Assembly (NCBI GenBank): GCA_050084985.1
Contig: JBITNC010000001.1
Coordinates: forward strand, 57,536,001-57,600,000
DNA length: 64,000 bases
Source: Nageia nagi
Lineage: Eukaryota; Plantae; Pinophyta
Direction of reading: 5' to 3'
The notes beneath the pieces were generated by a model. That model was given only the letters and a program-made list of their open reading frames with translations. It was not told the DNA's origin and ran no database searches. Each line of letters begins with the position of its first letter. Within the stretch, counting starts at the first letter, position 1. This document shows, piece after piece, positions 38,371-50,900 of this stretch. The translations under genes were made by a program, and so were the position numbers.

Positions 38371-41300
38371 GTTAATGGTACCTTGTATCAAGAAACAAAA
38401 TTCCAAAAAAAAAAAAAAAAATCCTAATTAAAATTGCGTCATTATGTGATCATTAAATCGATACATATACCAATATGTCTAAAACTTAGATTTCTTATTA
38501 TTTATATTATTTTAAATATTACAAATTTACATTCCATTTCATTATTATTATTTTTAAATCTATAAAAAAAATATAATCTTTACTTAAATGCAATAATTTT
38601 TATAACTTTTTTCTATTTACCCATTGCACAATATTACAATTGCTAGTATGAAAGCTAGCATACCAACAAGAATGATATATGCGGTGTCATTGGATTTGAA
38701 TCGACTGCTTTACTTACCTCGCTATGCGTATGGTTGACTAGCCATAATCAAACTAAATCATGTTTCCTTTCATTAAATGTCAAATCCATGATATATTTCT
38801 TTTTAATATAATAATATAATGGTCGAATTATAATTATTTACATCTTCATCTTTAATTTTATAATGGATGATCCTTGAACAAAGAGAAAAAAAAGTTAAAG
38901 GAAATTAATAACTTAAAAAATTAATTTAAATTGAGCTTTATAAGAATGGATATTTAAAATGTATCTTTTCTTAATTTTTAATTATTTAACTTTTAATTAA
39001 TGGATTATATTTTTAAAAAATATTTCTTTTAATAAAAAATATATGGATAAATGATTAAAAGTTTATTCATTTAAAGAGTTTTTATTTTTTATTCTTAATA
39101 ATTTAAAAACAAATATAATATTGATCTTTTATTTTTATCAAACATTCAATGTGAACAAACTAGTTTTGATATATTTTTTATATATTAAAAAAATACAAAG
39201 ATATCATTTCGAGGTGTAATTTATTATATTTAATATGTATTTTATATACTTTTCTTCAAAAATATGATATTTATATAGTTTTTCAATTATAGTTTTGAAG
39301 CCAACTATTTTTTTTAATAATAAAATCGATTCATTTTTTTTAATATTGAAACCAAGATTTAATGGACGAACTCAGAATCACATGCTGCATTTTGGCTCTT
39401 CACTCCACCCCCAACTGCTATAAGATTTTTTAAGACTACCACAAAATCTTTTATAACCACAAAGACTAAAAAAACACCAAATGATTATCAAAATATTTAT
39501 GAAACACCTCTTCTACTCCCTTGACAAATAAAAATATGACACATATTTCACATGGAAATTCTTTTTCTTCTTTGAAACATTAGAAATAATATGCCTTTCT
39601 TACAAAAAGCTTGTCTTATTTTTAATGTATCTTATAAAATACAAATTATTTTTGATAATCTTAGAACAAACGGAACCAATGGAATTACCATGAAAATGAC
39701 TTGTCTTCAAACCCTCATCAACTATTGAGGGAATATGTTGTACATTGTGAACTAAATTCCTCCTCTTCCTTTCCTTTTTCTTTTTTTGGAAAAAGATTAC
39801 TTCTTATATATTCAAGTTAAAAAAATTACATCATGAGCATAAAGCTTAGATAGTAATACATGACATTCTGCTTTCCTATTTTCTTGATTTTGAAAATATG
39901 AAGTTGTTCAACAATACAATGTGAAATTTTTCTTAATGATTAAGAAATTGAAGTTGAAATATAACTAAAAACTAAAGAGCATCTATCTTTCTAAGTATTA
40001 AAAAAAGCTGGAATTCTTATTATATACCATATTCTAATTGAATGAAGTAGACACTTACCAACATCTCCCAAAAATACCATATTCCACTGCATATTACCTC
40101 TCACAAAAAAAGAATAAATCCATATCTTATAAACATAATTTTTCTATACACCATAAACAACTTCCTCGTTCCATCAACTTTCTCTAACAACTTATGTTCC
40201 ATGAGCAAAACCTAATTACATTCCCACTCTCTGTGACTTTTTTGAAGGTTTAATTAATTATCCTCTAACTTTTCTTTTATATTTTGGAGGTTTAATTAAT
40301 TTATTACCTTTTAAGTAGAATCCTTAATTTTCACAAAATAAGTGGACCATCCTCCAACTGTTAGTCGCAGCTTTCTGCCTGCCACGCACGGATGACGTCC
40401 ACATATCAACTGTCACTTCCCTCCACCTAAACATCCTCTTCTACTACAAGATTCCCCTCTTACCTTTAATTTTTCTTGCCGGACCGTTAGGTTGAAGGGT
40501 ATGTTCAAAGTTTGAAGGATTTTATAAACAATATTTATAGACAGATCATGTTCAGAGGCTAAAACTCGTTGGCTTTTTTATCAAACTGAATTCAATGATT
40601 TAGACATCTTATCATATTGCCAGTAGCCTGTCAGAGAAAACGTGCTCTACTTAAGCAACCATCTGCTCTTTGATCAAACTAAATTAAGAGGCTTAATCTT
40701 TTTGCTGTGCTAAAAATTAAGAATTTAACAATGCAATCAAGAAGGGAAATTTGTTAGAATTTATTGTTTCAATATTTTAATTTATGTAATAGAAATTGGA
40801 GAGTTAAGTGAGTATTTAAATTTTAAGTGGAAAAAGAAATTTTAACTTCAAAATTTTCCTTTTTACATAATATAAAATTAATGGGTGATTTACAGTTGAT
40901 ATACATGTAGTATGTAATTGAGTAATTCTGAATTATTTTGATAAAAAAAACCATAAACACAAAATCAAATTTCGAACTATAAATACCAAATAATAAAATA
41001 CCAACAAAAAAAAATATTGGAATGACTGATCTTGTATTTTCAAACTTATTCTCTGGGAACCTTACAGGAGAGTTTTGTATTGTACAATTCCTACCTTTTT
41101 ACTTAGAGCTTAGGTATATTTACTTTTCTGGGTGTAGATATATTTAGTTTTGTGTGTGTAGGTATACCCACAGCATATATTATTTATTTTGCAGGTGGGG
41201 GGTAGGTGACAGCACAATGGATGAGGTTGCTGAGTCAATTCCACTTCAGATTGACAGCTGCATTTGCTATGTACTTGTTGAACAGTGGGCTGCCTTCGTA

Positions 41301-41946
41301 ACTTCAATGCTCGTCATTATGACGAGGCCAATTTATTATAGCAATACACAATCTTGCGATCATTTATACATGTAAATTTGTGATGTACATAAACTCAATG
41401 CTAACAGTCCAACTACCAAGCATGCCCTGTTTCGTATACTGCAGCTAAGTTAATGTTTATTCAATCATATCTGACACCCAAAAACAGTGTGGTGTAATTC
41501 AAATCATTATGTATTGGGTATCGTATTTGTGTACTACACCAATGTCATGTAGTGAATGATTTTGATGGCAGGAAGACTTTGTTGGTAGTAAGCTCGTGCA
41601 GAGTGTAGGCATGCACGTGATAAATCTTGATCGATGCTGTTAGATGCCCCGTTTATAGCCTAGGGAGAACGCAAGAATGTTCAAGATTTCGGAACAATAA
41701 AGAAAGCGGCTGTAGCAAAGCAGTTGATGTAGCTTGAGCGATCGAGAATGTTGTTGCTATGAGCCTTCAAGAATTGGTTTAGATCTAGTCTGAGGATCTA
41801 TGGTCCAAGGAAAATCTTCACGCTTGTGTGTTATTGTGTTTGTGCCTGTGTTTTTAATGGTTTTAATATAGTTTCAGAGTTATAGAACAATTAGAATCTA
41901 AACCACTTGGTTTGTAGGATATTTGGTTTCCCCATCTGGGTCCAAC

Positions 41947-44900
41947 ATGTGTTCAACAATGGCTTCTTCACACACAATGGATGCAAGAATGAATTGTGGG
42001 TTGTTTAGCAGTAGGCAAACTTTCTTGGTTTCCCACAATACTGCATTGGTACACAAGGGGAACTTGAAGGCTAACAAGAGCCTGCTAAGAATAAACGACA
42101 AGAATATGCTTCATGGTGTCAATATTAAGATGCCCAATTTCAATTTCAGTAGATCAAGAGATATTAGGCGGAGGATTATGGAACACAAAGTTTGTGCTCA
42201 GGCTGCATCAGGGGCAGATATGGCATTTGAGGATGATGGTATTGGGCTAAATGCTGTTGTAGATAGCTCACAGCCATCAAAGTTGATGGAGTTTATAACA
42301 TCAGAGAGAGCTAAAGTGGTTGCCATGATTGCCATTATGATGGCAATTTGCAATGCCAATAGAGTTGTCATGTCTGTTGCCATTGTGCCTCTTGGAGCTA
42401 CTTATGGTTGGAGCAGTTCTTTTGCAGGGATTGTTCAGGTATGAACTAATTTATGCTATTGTTTCCAAGAACAGTTGTATTCAATTTTAGTTCATTCTGT
42501 TTTCCTTGCTAAATACGTTTCAAAATCCTCTTGTTCTTGTCCTTTCTCGTTTATTTTGCTCAAGTCACCTATATATTATTGACATCTAGCTTCCCGAATC
42601 CCAATCTACGCTTCACTGGCTCTGGAATTGTACAGGTTTGGAATAAACTACATGGCTAGATCTGCAGTGGATAACTGTTTAATAGTTACTAAAACTAGTT
42701 TTATTGACGTAAATCTGAATTCAGAAGATGTTCTTTCAGGCTGTACAGAACATAGTTTTGCAAGAAAGTAGATAAACTTTGGGTTGGGCAAGTTGATGTA
42801 GTAGTATACCCATATCGTATTACACAGGAAGACAGGGATGCATAACATCACTATTTGAAATAGGACTGAAAAGAAGGATATCCTTCAAAACTGCCAAATA
42901 GGGGCTCACTCTTGACTAGAAAAGCATCTCTCTTGTACAAAGCACTCAAATGATCAATAAAGGCCCAATATCTACTAGAATTGCTGAAAATGCTGCAATC
43001 AGATGCACAGAAATGTTGAACTCCTTGCCATTTTTGAATTTACTAAGTGTAAGGACAAGCAGAGACCTTCAATTCGTCAGTTGTCAGCATAAGGCCTAGT
43101 TTAGAAGCAATTGTTTTCTCTGGAATAATCCAGTTGAGATTAACATACAACTGTGTGAGTTGACCCTTTAGAGATTATTTGCAAATCATGTCTACAACTG
43201 CTTTGGCTGAGTTTTAGGATTACAGGTAACATCCATAACCAAAAGATTGAAGATTTAGGGATGCTTTTAAGAGATATATTATTTGTCTGTGATTCAAGTT
43301 TTAAATTTCCATCAGGCAGTACATTAACTCAAGCCTTTTGGTTAATGGAGCAAACACTAGCCAGCCAGGTTTTCAGCAGTCAAGTGTAATTAAAATAAAT
43401 TTTATGGATATTCTCTATATGAAGGCATGTATTAAAGCATGAAGTAAAATGTGCAGAAGAATTGAATGAATGAAGAAAGAAAATGGCCCGTGTTAACCTA
43501 TACATAGTCAATTCCATCATTAATTTATATTGCTTTCTAACTGAACATCATAATTCGCATCACAAGTGGTCATAATTGGTTGTAGTGCAGGGTTGTGTAT
43601 TTCGGCAATTTTAGCCCTTGAAAGAGGTTTTACCTCTGTAAAGTTCCGCATCTTAAAGGCCATCAATCAAGCATAGCATTTATTACATAAGCTTGAAGGA
43701 CCTGCATAGTATTGTGCATATCCGCAGAAAGGAAATTTCTGTCTAGTATGGATGGTGCTTTACTCTTCTAGGCTTTCAAATTATATTATTGTGCCAACTT
43801 GCTTGTGCTCAATAAAAAGTTGCACGTCTTCATTCTCTGCGTTGACTTCCTAGAAATGTTAATCTACATACAATTTTTTTAGTAATGATTTCTCTTTGGT
43901 ACCCTGTTTTATGTGTTACGATTCATAAAGTATTAAACTGTATTGGTTAGGAACTTGATTTATATTGTCTATATGAAATGAAATTTAGAGATGCTAATGT
44001 ACGTACAAAGACATTTGGTGCTTAAATGTTTATTGAAGCCCTTAAACTGCAATGATAGTTGGGTAGTTTCCAAGTGATTCTCGAAGTGGATTGTAACAAA
44101 CTCCAGCAGTTAATGATGCTAAATTTGCTGAAATGAAGATTGTGAAAGGTCAGGACAATGACTGTCATAACTGTATAATTATCTAAGTGCACACAGGATT
44201 TGATGTACAAGGACATATACGTTATCTCGAATGAGCCACCTCAGATTTGACATGATTAAATTAGTTTGATATGAAGGGCCGCTGCAATTACAATATGACC
44301 ATTACACAAACATAGTAATAAACAATACAAAGGAGAATGGCCGAAGTGGATGTGAGGGGATTTTCTTTGTCCAACCATATATTCATTTCAGAAAGAAGGA
44401 TGCAGCACTGGCTGGTCAACATTGGGGTTTCATGAAGACATCTAGGATGGAATATAAGTTATCTTGTTAGAAAAGGAAATATACATAAATGAGTCGGCTA
44501 TTGTATCCCATGAGGGAAGAATTTAGTTATGGAATCATGCTAGTATAGACGTATAAGAGGGTCAACTGTTTGGGAACTTATCTGATTTGCCTCTTGAAAA
44601 AAAATTTGAGATGCAAGTATTAGTTAGATAGGAGGAAGATTTATAAGAATGGGATATTTCTCTGTGCAGATGGCACCATGCCTTCCATCTTGAAACGTCA
44701 TTGCTAATATTGTTCTGCCGTTTTAAATGTTCTCTCCTGATAATAAATTGGTCAAATTAGCTATAGATACTTCATACACGTTACCAAAAATTCTGCATCT
44801 TCTATTCTGAATTAAAAAATATGCATGTTTTTCTGATATTATTATACATCATGAATACAAGGGACCCTGTGATGCCCTGTTGCAAGTTATTCTAACCAAT

Positions 44901-47900
44901 ATGACCTTGTGAAAACCTTTTTGTTACACTTCAGGATTTCTCTACATGATGTAACTTCTTATTTAGATGTTTTTTGTTTTTCATTTTTGCTATGATTTTC
45001 TTTCTCTCCAGAGATTACGCCTTCTTGGTAGTTGTGTAAAGTTCAAAAAGTATCTTTTAATGTTGTACAAAATATTTCTTTAATTCTGTGATTTGCCAAT
45101 TAACATTCTTTGAATAGTTTGTGTATGTTTTACTGTTGCATTTGGATTTTGATTAATCCTTGCCAACTGCAAATTCAATTATTCATTTAATGTACTGTTT
45201 TGTTCATGTTATTCTGCTTCTTTATAAGGTTTGTGGTGGTTTCTGATTGGATAACATCAAACATCTTCTCTGCTCTGTGGTCACATTTTATTTACTTTTA
45301 TATCATTATTTTTTGAGAAAAATATATTTGTTTGTGCAGAAATTCCTCAATGTAAATTTTCACTTATAGTTTAACAGTAGAAATGACAAGTTGTTTTGCA
45401 ACATCTTAAATATGTAGAATGATGCTGTTAAAATATTTTCTGAAGATTTGCATCCATTCTAAACATTGGGAAGAATTAAAAGTTCAAGGAGAAATTTAAA
45501 AGCATTCTAGTTTTGTAACTAGGCATATTGACTGCAAATGTATGGCTGATCATATAATGTCCTAAATTTTAAGAAACCTTGTAGAAGGCATAACTTTGGT
45601 CATAAGTCTTGGATCACTGATTTTTCTTTTGAAATGGATGAAAAATCTTCTGCCAATCATTTCAACAAGTCACATGACATGGTTGGGGCCAGATAAAAGT
45701 GGGCCAGGGGAAAGTTATTTGATTCCATGTTGGCTAGGAGTTTAATTGTTGGTAATTTCAAGGTAAAGGTACCTATAAAAGGAGGAGAGATTCATCACTT
45801 AATCATCATAATTTTACGTTTGATCTCAAATGATCTCGGAGTTGGGGCTACTCCCCTCTCTTCCTTCTAACGACCAAAGCTGCTCCCTAGCGTAGAAGTG
45901 GCCTATTCGCACTTACATTCATTTGGAGATCTTGCACCATCTTTGGATGACTTTTTATCCCTAGCACTAGACCTTAGGAGCCATCTAGAGACTTGTGCCA
46001 ACCATTCTTGCTACTTGGAAGCTTGCGCCAACCACTAGGAGTCTTTGTTGTGCATTTTGGAGTCTTCTTCTTTGCCCTAGAACTTGTTACAGGCTTGTTG
46101 CAACCCTATACTTATTCTTGATCATTATTGTTGATAATTGGCTCTCATATCGCTCTTTGAATGTGAATGAATGTTTCTTTATTACTGTTGTATTGTTATC
46201 ATTCATTGTGCATGGGAATGTATGCGGATTAGAGTATTTTGGAGGCATATTACTGTTATGTTATAGATCTGTAATTGTGCCCTAGTTTGGTTGGTTTCGC
46301 ATGCTCTATGATCTTCTTCATTGCTATATATCATATCTGATTATAGTTATAATATTTCAATCTTAAGGGCATTATTGGATGGTGAATGAGCATTTACTAT
46401 TGTGCTCTAATTTGTGAATGTATGCAGAATTGTGTTGAGTAATTGTGCATGTTTAGCATAAGCCTTAGAAGGGTATATTATAGTGGTAGTATCAAAGCTC
46501 AACATCCTGCCAGCCTGTGAGGGTCTTCACACACATTGCGGATGGAGGAATAAGAACTGGAGATTGAATAAATGGTGAATAAACCACAAGCACAATGGAA
46601 GAGCATGATAGACTTGTTAACCCAACTAGTGAGCGAGGTAGATGGTCTCTCTCGCCCTCAACCACATCAAGAACAACCTAGGCCATTGCAAAAAGAGCCT
46701 AGGGCAGCCGCAACCGGTCAAGGGGTTATATATATATCACATGGAGAAAGAATTGGATACATATTTCGCACAATACCAAGGTAAGAGCACTGATTTCAAG
46801 CAAATGGTTTCTTTTGAAAATTACTTGAGGATTTTGGGAAAAAGAATTGGCAAAGAGAGGAAGTACCTTGAAAGGAAGTTGAAACCTTTATTGAAAAATA
46901 AGGAAACTAGAGAAGAAGAACAACCCATAGTAGAAATTGTGGATATCACTTTGCCACATGAAGAAGAAGACAAAGATGCTACCCAACATCAAGAAGAACC
47001 ACTTAATAAAGGAGGGACTATGCCAAATGAAGTAGACATTATCTTTCCCAAGGAGGAATCATGCCAAAAAGATGTCATAGGAACAACCAATATTGATCTT
47101 GAAAGTAAACAAGCACCTGTTGTGCCTGCACAACACACCCCAAGATGTAGCATTTTTGGGATCCAATTTTTGCAACGGCAATGAGTGATATTGCATGGGC
47201 ATGATTAGACTATGGTCGATGTGAAGATTCAGAGTGGCCAGATGATCGAGTAGTGCATGAGCATGCCCTCGGAGTCATGATAAAAGTTCAACATATCCAG
47301 TGGCTAGGTCAAGGCCTAGTTTCAAGCGATATCTCACATGATGGAGTTTTGGATCACGACAACAATCGGAAAGTGGAGTTTTTGAGTGAATGGAAAATAT
47401 GGTAAAAAGGGTGTGTTTTGGTCAGTTTTTGAGTTCGAAAAAGGCGAGTAACACTAAAAGGTGCGTTTTGGTCAAGTTTGAGCTCGAAAAGCTGGTTAAT
47501 GGTCAATGTGACAAAAAAGCATGTTTTGGTCAATTTTCGGCCTAAAAAGTGGTCAGTATGGTAAAAATGTGCATTTTTGCACAGTTTGAACCTAGAAGGC
47601 TCAAAAATGACCAAAATGCAAAGTTGAGCTCGAAACGCTCGAAAATACCAGAAATGATCATTTTTGCACATCTTGAGCTCGAAAATGCAAACTTTGAGCT
47701 CATAAATGCTAGAAGTGATTGTTTTTGCACATCTTGAGCCTAAAAATTCTCAAAAATGCTAGAATGGCTGAAAATGCTTATGTTGAGCCCGAAAATGCCA
47801 AAACTGGCCAGAAATGCACAGTTGGAGCTCGTAAAGGAAAGAATAGACTAAAAATATACAATTTGAGCTCAAAAGGGATGGAAACCCAAGTTTGAGCATC

Positions 47901-50900
47901 CCTAGGGGGCGAAATCAAGAAATAGGAGTTTTGGCTTCCGAGAAACATGGAGTTGAGCTTAGAAAAAATGATTTTTTTCAAATAAGTCAAAATGAAAATC
48001 TGAGAGAAAGGTGTGATGCCAAATGACAAATTAGGCAACTTTGCTCTTGGCAATTTTGAAAAAACTCAAGTTTTTTACTCTGAAATCTTAGGGGGGAGTT
48101 TGCTGACTTTTCCCTCATTTTCCAGAATCTCGAAAATGGCCTATCTTTCTCAAAATCAGCACTTAACTTTTGGGAGGCCTAAATTTATCCATATTAGAAA
48201 TTTTTGATCTTGGGAGCATGGAGAATGCAATTCTACGTCAAATTGGTCTTTCAAATTTGCAATTTCGACAAGATTTGCTACCTCAAAATTGGAAAAAATA
48301 GGAAAATGAGCAAAGAGCAGTAAAGGGCAGCCAATAGAAATGCTTGAAATTTTTCAAAATTTAAAATTGCCAAAATGAAAATCTAAAGAAATGGTGTGAT
48401 GCTGAATCCAATTTTAGGCACCTTTGCTCTTGGAATTTTTGGAAAAACACAAAAAATGCTCCTTGAAAAGCTAGGCGCGGGTTTCGTATGTTTTTCCCCA
48501 TTTGCCAAAATCTTGAAAATGGCCTATTTTCCCCAAAACCAGCGCCTACGCTTCTTGCACCCCAAAATTGCTAAAAATTGGAATTTTTTTTATCTTCTTG
48601 AGGTGTGGGATGGGATTTCACATGAGTTTGATGATTTGAGTTTTTTTAAAAAGTGAGATTTAGTCTTCCAAAATCATCAAAAATTGATTAGCCAATGAGA
48701 GGGCTCGAAAATTTTTCAAATTTTCCAAAATTGGCAAAATCAAAAAGAAGAAAGAGGTAGGGTGGCAAATCCGAAGATAAGCAACTTTGCTCTTCGAATT
48801 TTCAAAATTATCAAATTTTTGCCCCCCAAAAAGTTAGGCTCAGGTTTTCTACTTTTTCACCATTTTTTTTTCGAAATTTGAAAACTTGCTTATCTTCCCC
48901 AAAACTTGCACCAAGCTTGGGAGCCCTCAAATTTTGTCAAAAATCAAATTTTTTGATCATAAAAGCATGGGAAATCCAATTTTGCACAAGTTTGATGTTA
49001 TAAGTTTTTGGAAAAAGTGGATCTACTCCCTCAAAATCATAAAAAAATGGATCAGCCAATGAGAGAGCTTGAGAATTTTTCCAAATATATTAAAATTGCC
49101 AAAATCAAAATTGGAGACAAAGGTAGGGTAGAAAATGGCAAATTGAGCAACTTTTCTCTTGAAAGTGTTGAAATTGAGAAAAAAATGTCCCTCCTATTCT
49201 AGGCACAGGTTTGGCATGTTTTCCCCCATTTGGAGCACTTTCCCAACGTTTGGTATGAGGAGGAAACTCCCAAAATGCAAAATTTGACTTTAGGGTTGAT
49301 GTGGTGTTGACATGTGGCATTTTTGGAGACCTGAAGTCTATAAATATGTCCTCACTCCCTCCATTTCTCTCACTATTCTCATTTGCACCCTTATGCTGCC
49401 AAATTTTTGAAGAATTGGAGAACCAAAGTGAGAAGAAAACCCAACGTTAAGCTTTGGAGGAGAATTTGAAGCCTTAACACCATTGCCATTCATCCAAAGT
49501 CCATTAAACTTCAAGATCCAAGCACCCTCCATCATACATGAACTCCCTTTTTCAAGTTTTTGAGGATCTATGCTCCAAAACCCCGTTTTCCAATATCCCA
49601 AACCCTTGAAAAATATTTTTTTAGAATCCAAGTTTGACCGCTTATTTGGATACCCATTATCCTTGTGATCATCTTCTATTTTCATCCAAAAAAATGAAAA
49701 AACAGAAAAAATATCTATGATACAAGATCCTAGGGATCAAATTTTTTGAAAATTTTCCAAAATTTTCAAAAAAAATCCATAAAGGTTTTCAAAATCCTTT
49801 AAAAAGTGTTTTTAAGTCCGAATTGTCCATTTCAAAGTTTAAAACACCTTCCCCACTCATTCCCCATCTACCTAAGGTGTTAAAAACCAATTTCAGCACC
49901 ATTTGGCAAATTTGCCGAAATTCACCTTTTTTCCTTTACAAAATTTCTTGGCAAGTCTATCTTTTTGAGTCAAAATTTGAAAATCTTTCAAAATTCCCAA
50001 TTCCTTGGAAATCCCTTCCAAGGCATTTTCCCTTAAATCAGTTACCTTGGTGTTATTTCAAACTCACTCAAAAAACCTTGAATTTTGCAAATTTTGGCAC
50101 TTTCGATGATGGCAATGTCTCACTAGAGTTTCTTGATGAAGACAACCTCGTGACTGATGTGATTGTCCGACAAGAAGCAGAAGCAGCCACCCCGAAATCG
50201 GCTCCTCAAAAAAAGGCATCTCAAATGCCACCATATCAAAAGGCTACATTGACAACAGCTCAGAAGGGTATATCAATATTTAGGACAATGGCATTATTTT
50301 TAGGGGGAGATGATGGAAATCAAGAAGACAGGGAAAATGAAGACCAATGGAGGAAGAGAAGACAAGTAGAGCACAATGTTGAAAAAATTGAATACAAAGA
50401 TATGGTTTCTTATGGAATTCAACCCATGGAACCATGCTTCGACATGGCTGCAATGATGGCAAACTTGAGTTCAAATCATCCCTGCGAAGGAGAAGATTTC
50501 GAAGATGAAAATGAGGAACTTCAACATATTAATACTCTGACCACCACTGTAGGTGAAGTCACCTACAAGGACAAGCTCTACTCAAGAAAGAATAAGGCTG
50601 GTACCAGAAAATTCGCTCTTACAGTCGAGACAGAAGAGGCCCCTATAGAGATTATTGGTCCATTGGGAATGAAGCACAACATCATCACAAATGCACGGGC
50701 ATTGAGAGAATCTGGTACCTTGAGATCCAAGAACTAAAGAAGAAACTGGCTAATCAAGAAATGGTTGCTAATGAAGTTAAGGTTGCTAACTTGACAGTTG
50801 AAGACATTAAGAAGTAGGTTGACTTGAACACTAGAATTACCGCCTTGAAACAAGAATGGACCAAGGATCTTATTGATGCCATCCAAGCACTCCACTCAAA

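Larger units (their letters stand above)
28991..38646 (+). mobile_element. Decayed autonomous-type Helitron (RPA70-like gene, RepHel, captured fragments); 5' end not located and probably further upstream
   Basis: RPA70-like and RepHel pseudogenes in tandem; subterminal direct repeats at 37700-38370; candidate 3' end cccattgcac...tgCTAG/T at 38643-38646. Confidence 0.8.

Noticed and set aside
45995-46285. Hydrophobic 96-aa ORFs duplicated at 45995 and 56803
   Set aside because: They lie in the two LTRs, use non-ATG starts and resemble no protein I recognise; the duplication is explained by the LTR pair.
47354-49320. Several Phe/Lys-rich short ORFs
   Set aside because: Translations of low-complexity degenerate repeats in the putative solo LTR.
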